IMG/VR virus record: IMGVR_UViG_3300045988_178209
Location: 1-18,881 of that record
Length of the DNA: 18,881 nucleotides
Strand: one strand, 5' to 3'
Origin: a virus
The number at the start of each line of letters is the position of its first letter. Position 1 is the stretch's first letter. Shown in pieces: positions 5,524 through 13,066 of the stretch. The notes under the pieces were generated by a model. That model was not told the origin of the DNA, did no database searches, and was given only the letters and a program-made list of their open reading frames with translations. Made by a program: the position numbers and the translations under genes.

Positions 5524-5695
5524 GTCCTTCGGAGCGTCGATTTTCGACTGGGAATGACGGTGATCGGATTACCACGGCTGAGAATGCCGCCGATTGCGGG
5601 TGGTCATCATCGTGGTGGTGGTGCCCTACGATTTCAAGGTGCGCTCTCATGGGATGTCGGACCCCGCGCGTGATTGCGCGGGGTCATTGCTTTTT
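5524..5695 (+). ncRNA. Candidate ~170-nt small RNA (pRNA-like?) or structured 3' UTR
   Basis: Extended -10-like TGcTATGAT (5509-5517) overlaps the DNAP stop. About 140 nt with no convincing ORF follow, ending in a strong intrinsic terminator (5660-5695). Short local helices are visible, e.g. GTCGA/TCGAC at 5536-5548. No fold was computed. Confidence 0.2.
5660..5695 (+). terminator. Rho-independent terminator ending the early/replication transcription unit
   Basis: GACCCCGCGC (5660-5669), loop gtgatt, GCGCGGGGTC (5676-5685), then attgcTTTTT. Confidence 0.8.
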
Positions 5696-5703
5696 CGGCG
5701 TTA

Positions 5704-5712
5704 TGATATAAT
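5704..5712 (+). promoter_or_regulatory. Putative late promoter (extended -10 TGATATAAT)
   Basis: A perfect TGnTATAAT sits 9 nt after the terminator T-run and 37 nt upstream of the scaffold gene ATG. The same 9-mer recurs at 15927. Confidence 0.5.
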
Positions 5713-5748
5713 TTTCAGTGAAAGTATCGTCCAGAGTAAGGAGATCGT

Positions 5749-6027
5749 ATGGATGATCCGAAGACTGACGGCGAGGAGTCCGTTACCTCGCCGCCGACCG
5801 AAGAAGCACAGTGCACCGAGACCGTAAATGATGAGGTCAAACCGGAGGAGGGTGAGCCGGATCCGAAGCGGGAGCCGGATGTGAGCGCCCGACTTGACAT
5901 GCTCGAAAAGGAGTTGGCCGCACTCAAAGCCATGATGGATACGCTTGGCTATGATGAGTCGACCGTGACCGATGATGACGGTGTCGGCGTCGGTGATGAC
6001 GATTCCATCGAAAATTTGTTCGACTAA
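5749..6027 (+). CDS. Scaffolding protein (phi29 gp7-like by position and composition)
   Basis: 92 aa, strongly acidic, with a central helical segment (ARLDMLEKELAALKAMMDTL). It lies directly upstream of the capsid gene. SD TAAGGAG is 5 nt before the ATG. Confidence 0.65.
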   Translation: MDDPKTDGEESVTSPPTEEAQCTETVNDEVKPEEGEPDPKREPDVSARLDMLEKELAALKAMMDTLGYDESTVTDDDGVGVGDDDSIENLFD

Positions 6028-6047
6028 CGTAGGAAGGATGAACACAT

Positions 6048-7763
6048 ATGTCCACTGTTCGACCATTGGCAGGCAAGGGTGATGTTGAGATCTTCAATGC
6101 GGTGAGATCCGCTACGTCACCGCAATTCCAGACTCGTATTCCGTCGGCGACGCAGGGCAATATTCGCAATGCCGTCGACACCATGCGCAATTTCCCGTAC
6201 CTGCGCGACGAATTCACCGGAGTCCTGATCCAGCGTCTCATCGGCCTCTACGTCCAGCACGCCGACTGGGATGACCCGCTGAAGCTGGTCGGTTCTCCTC
6301 GTACGCTCAAGCGCTACGGTTCCACGTACGAGCAGGCCGCAGTCGGCTTGGTCAAGGCACGCACCCGTAATTTCAATCAGGAGTATCTTGGCGATGACGT
6401 GTACGGTCGCTATAGTCTGCCGACCGCAAGCGCCTTCCATCCATTGACTTTCGATCACTATTATCCGGTCACCATTCCGGAGGATGCGCTTCTTACCGCT
6501 TTCGACGGCGAATCCGGCATGTCGGATTACATCAGTGAGATCATGAACGCTCCGATCCTGTCGGACCGTAATGATATGTATTTGATGAAGACGCAGACGT
6601 TTGCCGAGTACGCTCGTAAGGGTGGCTTCTACCGCGTGCATACGCCTGACGTCGGCAAGGCCGATTCGACCGAGGCGGATGCGAAGGGTCTGCTCCGTCT
6701 CATCCAACAGATGGCGAACGAACTCAAGGCATCGCCAATGAGCGCCATGCCGAAATATAACGCCATGAGCTGGGTGACTCCGTGGCGCGATTCGGAAGCG
6801 ATCCTTTTCGCCACCCCGCAGGTCATCGCCGCTTTGAATGTCGAGGCTCTCGCCGCCGCCTTCAATATCGACCGCGCCAATGTCCCGTACCGTATCATCC
6901 CCATTCCCGAGGATCTTTTCGGCATCGGCGGCAATGGTGGCAAGGTGCAGGCCGTCCTCACCACCGAAGATTTCTTCTTCTGCTGGGATGAGCTGTTGGA
7001 GACCACGAATTCTCCGGTCAATCCTATCGACGGCACTCGTAACATCTTCTACAAGCACCGCGGCTCCATCACGCCGAATCCTTTCGCCAATGCCATCCTC
7101 TTCTGGACGGGTGAAGGGTCGACCGAATCGGTGACCTTGCCGGATACGCTCACGACCTCCAAGCCGGAATTCGTCCTGCGTGTCAAGAAGTACGGTCAGC
7201 CTGCGGTCACTCCTCAGAACGTGTCGCGCGGCGCTCTCGTCCAAGTGGAGGCGACCATTGCAAGCGCCAACAAGACTGCCGCATCCTTCCAGCCGGTCGG
7301 CGTCAAGTATGCGATCGAGGGGGCGACCTCACAGTATACCGGCATCGACAATGACGGTATTCTGCGCTGTGGCTTGGATGAGACCGCCGAAAGCCTCAAG
7401 GTCACGGCACAGGCGACCTACATTGACCCGGCCACTCCGGAAATCGACCAGACGCTTTCCGCGGCACTCGACGTGCCTGTCGTCGGCACGTGGGTCGGTG
7501 GCATCAAGATCGGCGCACTGTCCGGTCTGAAGGTCGACGGCCCGAATACCGTCAAGGCTTCCGAATCCGTCAAGCTGACCGCCACCGCGGTCAAGACGGA
7601 TGGTTCGAAGCAGGACGTCAGCAATCTCGCTGATTGGAGCGTGGATGCGCATGCCAAGGTCGACAAGACGGGTAAGGTTACCGGTGAGGATGCAGGCAGT
7701 GCGAAGGTGACCGTCAAATTCGCGGGAGTCACTGCGGATAAGACCATCACCGTTTCCGCCTGA
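6048..7763 (+). CDS. Major capsid protein, phi29 gp8-like, with C-terminal Big_2 Ig-like domain
   Basis: N-terminus EIFNAVRSATSPQFQTRIPSATQGNI...LIQRLIGLYV...DDPLK vs phi29 gp8 [26 protein letters not shown]...LVDRIGLVV...NNPLK. The C-terminus VKASESVKLTATAVKTDGSKQDVSNLADWSV...GKVTGEDAGSAKVTVKFAGVTADKTITV is a typical Big_2 repeat. Confidence 0.9.
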   Translation: MSTVRPLAGKGDVEIFNAVRSATSPQFQTRIPSATQGNIRNAVDTMRNFPYLRDEFTGVLIQRLIGLYVQHADWDDPLKLVGSPRTLKRYGSTYEQAAVGLVKARTRNFNQEYLGDDVYGRYSLPTASAFHPLTFDHYYPVTIPEDALLTAFDGESGMSDYISEIMNAPILSDRNDMYLMKTQTFAEYARKGGFYRVHTPDVGKADSTEADAKGLLRLIQQMANELKASPMSAMPKYNAMSWVTPWRDSEAILFATPQVIAALNVEALAAAFNIDRANVPYRIIPIPEDLFGIGGNGGKVQAVLTTEDFFFCWDELLETTNSPVNPIDGTRNIFYKHRGSITPNPFANAILFWTGEGSTESVTLPDTLTTSKPEFVLRVKKYGQPAVTPQNVSRGALVQVEATIASANKTAASFQPVGVKYAIEGATSQYTGIDNDGILRCGLDETAESLKVTAQATYIDPATPEIDQTLSAALDVPVVGTWVGGIKIGALSGLKVDGPNTVKASESVKLTATAVKTDGSKQDVSNLADWSVDAHAKVDKTGKVTGEDAGSAKVTVKFAGVTADKTITVSA

Positions 7764-7786
7764 TCCCATGATAATCGGGTAGAATG

Positions 7787-7818
7787 GGTGCAGTAGCGAT
7801 ACTGCACCTATTTTTTTT
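7787..7818 (+). terminator. Rho-independent terminator/attenuator after the capsid gene
   Basis: GGTGCAGTA (7787-7795), loop gcga, TACTGCACC (7800-7808), then TA + T8 (7811-7818). Confidence 0.8.
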
Positions 7819-7828
7819 GGAGGATATG

Positions 7829-10060
7829 ATGAGTGCGAATGATCTGCCGATTAATTTCAGCTACATGAAGTGGACGCCGAATACAAGATTCAAGCTATGT
7901 AATGTTCCGTGGGACATGGGCTATCGTGACATCGTCACATGGGATAGGCAGAGGCAGGAAGCATATTTCAATCAGCTGGAGGGTATCGAATTCACCGACT
8001 GCACCATGGCCAAATATGGTCTGCCCGTACGACTGCCGATACCTTTCGCGCAGGCATCGCAGTATAATTATTTGGTCGCCGTGAATGATTACGATTTCGA
8101 CACGCCGCGCTCATGGTATTATTTCATCCAATCCTGCGATTATGTGAATGCTCATACTACACAGCTCAATATTCAATTGGACGTGTGGCAGTCATTCCAG
8201 CATGATGTCACCTTCGGTACCGCCTATGTGGAAAGAGGTCATGTCGGCGTAGCCAATGAGCGGCAGATGGACGATTACGGCCGTGGGACGCTCGACCTGC
8301 CGGAAGGATTGGATACCGGTAAGACTTTGGTCAATGCGACCACGGCATACATGCCGCTTGCCACGGTGGAAGGCGGGCGTGTGGCTTGTGGTGTGATCAT
8401 CGCCTCCACTACCGATCTTACCGTGGATCCGGGAGATCTGACCAATCCGAAGACGACGACGGCCGGCGGTAGCATCTTCGAAAATCAGTATAATGGCACT
8501 CAGCTTATCTATCTGACCAATGCGGAGGATCTTCAGGTGGTATTTTCGCTGGGGGCGCGATATCCGTGGGTGTCACAGGGTATTTGCGGCATTTACGCGG
8601 TGCCGCGCCTGCCGGAAGGACTGTTACGCAATCAGGGTGACATGACGAAACTGTACGGAAAGACCCTGTCGGGATTGAAAGGCAAGATCATCCACCTGTA
8701 TCAGAATACGGTCCACGGTCAGGACAGGTATTCGGATATTATGACGATGAAGGATTTCCGCGACAATTTCCACATTCCCGAACGCTATAAGCATTTGAAG
8801 AAGCTGCTGACCGCCCCTTATGCGATCATCCAATGCTCCTGTCTGAATGGCACCAGCATCGAATATTCGCCGGAGCAGATACCATCCAAGGATCTGACGA
8901 TCCGCGAAGCATGGCAGTATGCGCCTCCACAGCCGCGGCTCAATTTCTGGATCCCGAATTATGCCGCCCAATATGCGGACCAATGGTCGCCCCTGCCGGA
9001 TGGTATGGGATTGCCTTTCGATAAGGGTGATATGCTGGACGCGGCTTTTGGCGTCACGAATTTTCCGACTTTCATGGCCGTCAATAATGGATCCGCTCTC
9101 TCATTGGCCAATTCCGCCTATATGAGGCAGTATGCCCAAAAGTCGGCTGACTGGTCGTATCAGAAGACGCGGATGGGCATCAATAACGCCTACTCCCAAG
9201 CCCAATTGGGAGCCCAGTATGCGAGCGAAGCCAATCGGCTCGGCACGTCCAATCGTAATTCCATGAATGCGATCAATAATCAGGCCGCGCAAATGGCCAC
9301 GGATCTGACGTTGAAGAATCTCGGATTCGATAATCAGATGGCCCAACTCAACACGATCGGGTCGGGAGCTCTCGGGGCCGTCGGCTCCCTTGCGACGGGT
9401 AATGTCGGTGGGGCGGCCGGAGCTGTGGCGGGAGCCGCGATCGGCGCATGGACGAACCAACAGACATATGACAATAACGTTTCGAGCGCGAACCAACAGC
9501 TCGCGAACACCCAAGCCACCAATAACGCTTCAACATCCCAAGCCAATGCCTACAGTCTTGCGCAGACGAATCTGAGCAACGGGCAGTCCCTGCAGTTCGC
9601 GGACATGAACCGTCAGCTGGCGCAGGCTACCGCGCAAGGCGACTATGCGAATGTGATCGCGGGCATTGACGCGCAGGTACAGCAGACACAGACCACGCCG
9701 CCGACCACGTCCGGCGCATTGGGGGGCGATGCCTTCAATCTGGCCAATGGGATCATCGGAGTATGCGTGAAATTCCGTCGCCTATCCGACGCGGCACTGC
9801 ATACGATCGGCGAATACTGGCTACGATACGGCTACTACGTCCAGCGGTTCATGACCATGCCGGCAGGTCTTATGGCCATGAGCAATTTCACGTATTGGAA
9901 GGTCCACGAATTGTATTTGAGAAGCTCGACATGTCCGGAAGAATACCGTCTGACCATCAAAGGCATTTTCGAAAGCGGTGTGACGGTGTGGAAGGATCCC
10001 GACAGGATCGGTGTCACCGACTATGCGGACAATGAGCCTCTGGCGGGTATTTCATACTGA
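7829..10060 (+). CDS. Tail knob / distal tube protein, phi29 gp9-like (743 aa)
   Basis: N-terminal region LCNVPWDMGYRD...VRLPIPFAQASQYNYLVAVNDYDFDTPRSWYYFIQSCDYVNAHTTQLNIQLDVWQSF vs phi29 gp9 ILADVPFSNDYKN...[55 protein letters not shown]. GGAGG (7819-7823) favours ATG 7829 over 7826. Confidence 0.8.
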   Translation: MSANDLPINFSYMKWTPNTRFKLCNVPWDMGYRDIVTWDRQRQEAYFNQLEGIEFTDCTMAKYGLPVRLPIPFAQASQYNYLVAVNDYDFDTPRSWYYFIQSCDYVNAHTTQLNIQLDVWQSFQHDVTFGTAYVERGHVGVANERQMDDYGRGTLDLPEGLDTGKTLVNATTAYMPLATVEGGRVACGVIIASTTDLTVDPGDLTNPKTTTAGGSIFENQYNGTQLIYLTNAEDLQVVFSLGARYPWVSQGICGIYAVPRLPEGLLRNQGDMTKLYGKTLSGLKGKIIHLYQNTVHGQDRYSDIMTMKDFRDNFHIPERYKHLKKLLTAPYAIIQCSCLNGTSIEYSPEQIPSKDLTIREAWQYAPPQPRLNFWIPNYAAQYADQWSPLPDGMGLPFDKGDMLDAAFGVTNFPTFMAVNNGSALSLANSAYMRQYAQKSADWSYQKTRMGINNAYSQAQLGAQYASEANRLGTSNRNSMNAINNQAAQMATDLTLKNLGFDNQMAQLNTIGSGALGAVGSLATGNVGGAAGAVAGAAIGAWTNQQTYDNNVSSANQQLANTQATNNASTSQANAYSLAQTNLSNGQSLQFADMNRQLAQATAQGDYANVIAGIDAQVQQTQTTPPTTSGALGGDAFNLANGIIGVCVKFRRLSDAALHTIGEYWLRYGYYVQRFMTMPAGLMAMSNFTYWKVHELYLRSSTCPEEYRLTIKGIFESGVTVWKDPDRIGVTDYADNEPLAGISY

Positions 10061-10063
10061 CGT

Positions 10064-10098
10064 ATAATGGAGTGAGCGATACAATCTCACTCCATTAT
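10064..10098 (+). promoter_or_regulatory. 13-bp perfect inverted repeat overlapping a TATAAT box
   Basis: ATAATGGAGTGAG (10064-10076), loop cgatacaat, CTCACTCCATTAT (10086-10098), with no T-run after it. TATAAT is at 10063-10068. This could be a promoter, an operator or an RNA processing site. Confidence 0.35.
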
Positions 10099-10117
10099 CT
10101 ATAGTAGGACGGTGATC

Positions 10118-11056
10118 ATGAGCAGACGCAACAATGCGCGCAAGGCTACGTATTGGGATAATCAGAGCGTACTCGGGAGCATGTGGGGCAATCTCAATCT
10201 TCCCGAGATGCGCCAATCCCTGCGTATCAATCAATACATGAAATTGATCGAAATGCTGGCCGTATCCCGCTTCAAATGGGTCAATCTCCCTCCATCCATC
10301 GACGAGAGGTATCTTGAATTGACCCTCTTCGAGAACGGGTTGGCCCTGTTTTTCCCCGATAAGCGTAAGGGTATCCATCGTTTCATGGTCACTTCCGGCA
10401 ATATCGGCGGCGTGAACAATTATAACAATCCGACGTCGTTTCAGCCGGTCGCCACCGGGTATTCGCACCCGCAGATCGGATCGAAGGAGTGCGTGCCTAT
10501 CTGGGATAATCAATTGAGATGCACGATGGTCGACGTGATGTGGAATTATGCGATACGATTGGCCATCGCCGACCGGGCTTTGGACGTGAATCTGGACAAT
10601 ATCAGCGTGCCTTTGATCATCGCCACGTCCGAGACCAACAAGCTCACCGCGCAGAATCTCATGAAGGCGCGTGAGGATGGAGACCCGTGCATCTACACAT
10701 ACGATAGCGCGGACATTTCCGGAATGTTCCAGACCTTCCCGAACGTCACTCCCTTTCTGGCGGATAAGATCATCACCACGAAGACGCAGGTGTGGAATGA
10801 GCTTGTCAATTATCTGGGAATCGACAATTCGACCACCGAGAAGAAGGAGCGCCTGCTCGAATCGGAGGTCACGGCCGGCAATTCGCGTACGAATGTCTTT
10901 CGCCTGAGCTATCTCAAGTCGAGACAGCAAGCGTGCGATACGATCAATCGACTGTGGCCTCAAATGGCCGATTCGGGCAGGCCGATCGGCGTCGAATGGA
11001 ATGATACGACGTCCGGCGGACTATTGGACGTTGATGGCACCAAGGAGGAGGAGTGA
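10118..11056 (+). CDS. Portal / head-tail connector, phi29 gp10-like
   Basis: FKWVNLPPSIDERYLE vs phi29 FEWENLPPTINPSFLE; WNELVNYLGIDNSTTEKKERLLESEV vs [26 protein letters not shown]; similar length (~312 aa). Confidence 0.9.
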   Translation: MSRRNNARKATYWDNQSVLGSMWGNLNLPEMRQSLRINQYMKLIEMLAVSRFKWVNLPPSIDERYLELTLFENGLALFFPDKRKGIHRFMVTSGNIGGVNNYNNPTSFQPVATGYSHPQIGSKECVPIWDNQLRCTMVDVMWNYAIRLAIADRALDVNLDNISVPLIIATSETNKLTAQNLMKAREDGDPCIYTYDSADISGMFQTFPNVTPFLADKIITTKTQVWNELVNYLGIDNSTTEKKERLLESEVTAGNSRTNVFRLSYLKSRQQACDTINRLWPQMADSGRPIGVEWNDTTSGGLLDVDGTKEEE

Positions 11057-11057
11057 C

Positions 11058-11870
11058 ATGGTACAGGATTTGAGCATGTATGCCGTCAGGGACGATATGG
11101 CGGATTATACGCTGACTTTAGGCAATCTGATCGCACGGGGATTTGACACGGATGAAAAACTGCACTTGAGCGCCGTGTATTATCCGATCTTCGATGAATC
11201 ATACCGTGCGAAGCTCAATGAGAAGATCGTAGCGCATTACGCTCTACGTGAGATCGGTTCGGAAACGCCGCAAATGTTCGTATTCTACTTGGGTCGTACC
11301 ATGCGCGAGCAGATGGACTATTTCAACCAATTATATCTGTCGGCCCAACGCAAGTTCGACCCTTTCATCACGTCCGATGTCCGGCAGGAAATGGACTCTA
11401 CCAGCGTCAACGAGTCGAGCGGCAGGTCTTCCGGCACGCAGTCGAATGAATCCACCGCCCACAGCACGTCCGATACCAAGGCGGACAATTCGTCGATGAC
11501 TTTTAATTCGGAGTTTCCTCAAACCCGTATCGACGATTTCAGGAAATTCGCGACCAGTGCCTCGCAGACCGATTCGACCGGCGATACGCATACGAGTACG
11601 TCGCAGGACAGTACGGCCACTGCGACCAGTCAAAGCAACACCGATTACGCGCATTCGTCGGACAAGGGCAACAGCGTGTCGCATACGCTCGGTACCAGTG
11701 GTTCGCAGTCGCAGCTGTTGCAGGATTGGCGGAATACCATGCTCAACATTGACATGATGGTCATCGATTCGCTCGAGGACCTCTTCATGGGCGTGTGGGG
11801 CAGTGGCGACAATATGACCAACGTACCACAGCTTTACAGCACGTCACTCGCCTACAATCTAGGCCATTAG
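11058..11870 (+). CDS. Lower collar protein, phi29 gp11-like
   Basis: It directly follows the connector gene. YYPIFDESYRAKLNEKIVAHYALREIGSETPQMFVFYL...YFNQLY matches the F/YREIGxET...YNQ(L/M)Y pattern I recall from Picovirinae lower-collar proteins. It has an S/T/Q-rich central region. SD AAGGAGGAGGAG precedes ATG 11058. Confidence 0.65.
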   Translation: MVQDLSMYAVRDDMADYTLTLGNLIARGFDTDEKLHLSAVYYPIFDESYRAKLNEKIVAHYALREIGSETPQMFVFYLGRTMREQMDYFNQLYLSAQRKFDPFITSDVRQEMDSTSVNESSGRSSGTQSNESTAHSTSDTKADNSSMTFNSEFPQTRIDDFRKFATSASQTDSTGDTHTSTSQDSTATATSQSNTDYAHSSDKGNSVSHTLGTSGSQSQLLQDWRNTMLNIDMMVIDSLEDLFMGVWGSGDNMTNVPQLYSTSLAYNLGH

Positions 11871-11876
11871 AGTATA

Positions 11877-12500
11877 ATGGGTAAAACGTTAGGAGGAAAA
11901 TTGGACGGAATTAACCCATGCGCCGCACCATTGGACATCGACCCACGTCAACGCTATTTCACGACGGTTCAGCCTTTTTCGTACCGCGACACATTGACCG
12001 TGCTCGGATACGTGCAGGAAGTGGCGGAACATCTCGATCGATTGCGCGAACAGGTCGACAATCTCGCCAAGGATGAAAACGCGGACATCGAAGCCATCAG
12101 ACAGTTGGTCGCCGGTTTTGATGAGCAATTCAGCCGTATCAATGAAACGCTGGATGACTTGGAAAAGCAGGTCGATCAGTATGAAGACTCTGACCTGACC
12201 TATAATCCGACTCGCGGCAGGTACGAGGATTCCAAGAACACGAATCGGGACATGTACCGTGAACTTGCGGTGTTCGGCGCGCGCGTCAATCAGATGGCGC
12301 AACTGTCCGTGCCAATGGCTGCCGCGCACACGTGCCTTGAGTTCGCAGTGCTCGGCAATAAAACCGTTTTCCATAATGACGAGCCGCGTATCACGCCACG
12401 CGACGTGCATGTGGATGATGGCGAACCCGTCAACCCTCTCTCGGTTGAAAATCTCGCCAACGGCGTAGTGGTCAATAATTTCATGAAAACCGCAAAATAA
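11877..12500 (+). CDS. Tail/appendage-associated protein with coiled-coil segment (199-207 aa)
   Basis: It sits in the slot of phi29 gene 12. ATG 11877 has no SD and overlaps a TATAAT box (11873-11878). The in-frame TTG 11901 lies 5 nt after AGGAGG (11890-11895) and may be the real start. Confidence 0.65.
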   Translation: MGKTLGGKLDGINPCAAPLDIDPRQRYFTTVQPFSYRDTLTVLGYVQEVAEHLDRLREQVDNLAKDENADIEAIRQLVAGFDEQFSRINETLDDLEKQVDQYEDSDLTYNPTRGRYEDSKNTNRDMYRELAVFGARVNQMAQLSVPMAAAHTCLEFAVLGNKTVFHNDEPRITPRDVHVDDGEPVNPLSVENLANGVVVNNFMKTAK

Positions 12501-12518
12501 CAGGAAGGATTACGGCAA

Positions 12519-12872
12519 ATGGCCAGTAAAACCCCAAACTATAATCTTGAAAAGTATGACGCGACGGACGCGCCTAACCTTGAGGGGCAATACAATCGCT
12601 CAATGGACATCCTTGACACGACGCTGAAAACGCAATCGGATAGGATTGACTCCATTCCTACCCCGGAATCTTTGCCGGAAGGTTTGGGGGCATTCGCCAC
12701 CGCTCTTGGACTGAGCGCCGCGAACGCCCACGCGCTCGGCACCGCCCTTAATCATTTCATCAACCGTGTTCCCGCAACCGGTGGCGGACAGTATACCGTC
12801 AAAGACCTTAATGATACGAAGGTCACGGCGGAAGGTCTGCCGTTCGTGTCCATTACGGCTTCGGAGAGCTGA
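12519..12872 (+). CDS. Tail fibre/appendage protein sharing the N-terminal fibre module (117 aa)
   Basis: SD AGGAAGGA lies 9 nt upstream. The N-terminus PNYNLEKYDATDAPNLEGQYNRSMDILDTTLKT is paralogous to the N-termini of the next two ORFs. Confidence 0.7.
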   Translation: MASKTPNYNLEKYDATDAPNLEGQYNRSMDILDTTLKTQSDRIDSIPTPESLPEGLGAFATALGLSAANAHALGTALNHFINRVPATGGGQYTVKDLNDTKVTAEGLPFVSITASES

Positions 12873-13060
12873 TGATCATGATGGACAGTCAGCAGACCAC
12901 GCCCGTGGACTCCACCGCATACGATGCGACGAGACATTGGGGGTTGCCGCTTTATAATGATGCGACGCCAATGGACATGCGCGACGGCTACAATCGCGCC
13001 ATGCGCATGATAGACCAGATTCTCACCCAACTACAAACCCAGATTCGAGAAAAGGATTAA
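12872..13060 (+). CDS. Small protein consisting almost only of the shared fibre N-terminal module (62 aa)
   Basis: The ATG overlaps the upstream TGA (TGATG). It contains WGLPLYNDATPMDMRDGYNRAMRMIDQILTQLQT, matching the same motif. Confidence 0.55.
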   Translation: MIMMDSQQTTPVDSTAYDATRHWGLPLYNDATPMDMRDGYNRAMRMIDQILTQLQTQIREKD

Positions 13061-13066
13061 CATAAA

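Noticed and set aside
5395-5827. Track ORFs 5395-5673, 5517-5711 and 5594-5827 (+), and 5453-5650 (-), spanning the DNAP-scaffold gap.
   Set aside because: None has a credible SD and start. They run through the terminator hairpin and promoter box and have Gly/Arg/Trp low-complexity content. I treat the region as non-coding (see the ncRNA candidate).
6117-7244. A 375-aa ORF on the minus strand.
   Set aside because: It is entirely antisense to the capsid gene, which has clear phi29 gp8 similarity. The translation is Arg/Asp/Gly-rich low-complexity sequence, typical of shadow ORFs in GC-rich coding DNA.
10052-10963. A 303-aa ORF on the minus strand.
   Set aside because: It is antisense to the connector gene (strong gp10 motifs on the + strand). 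It has no SD and an Arg/Ile/Asp-biased composition, so it is a shadow ORF.
11889-12410. A 173-aa minus-strand ORF.
   Set aside because: It is antisense to the + strand appendage ORF, which fits the operon structure. It has no start context or recognisable motifs.
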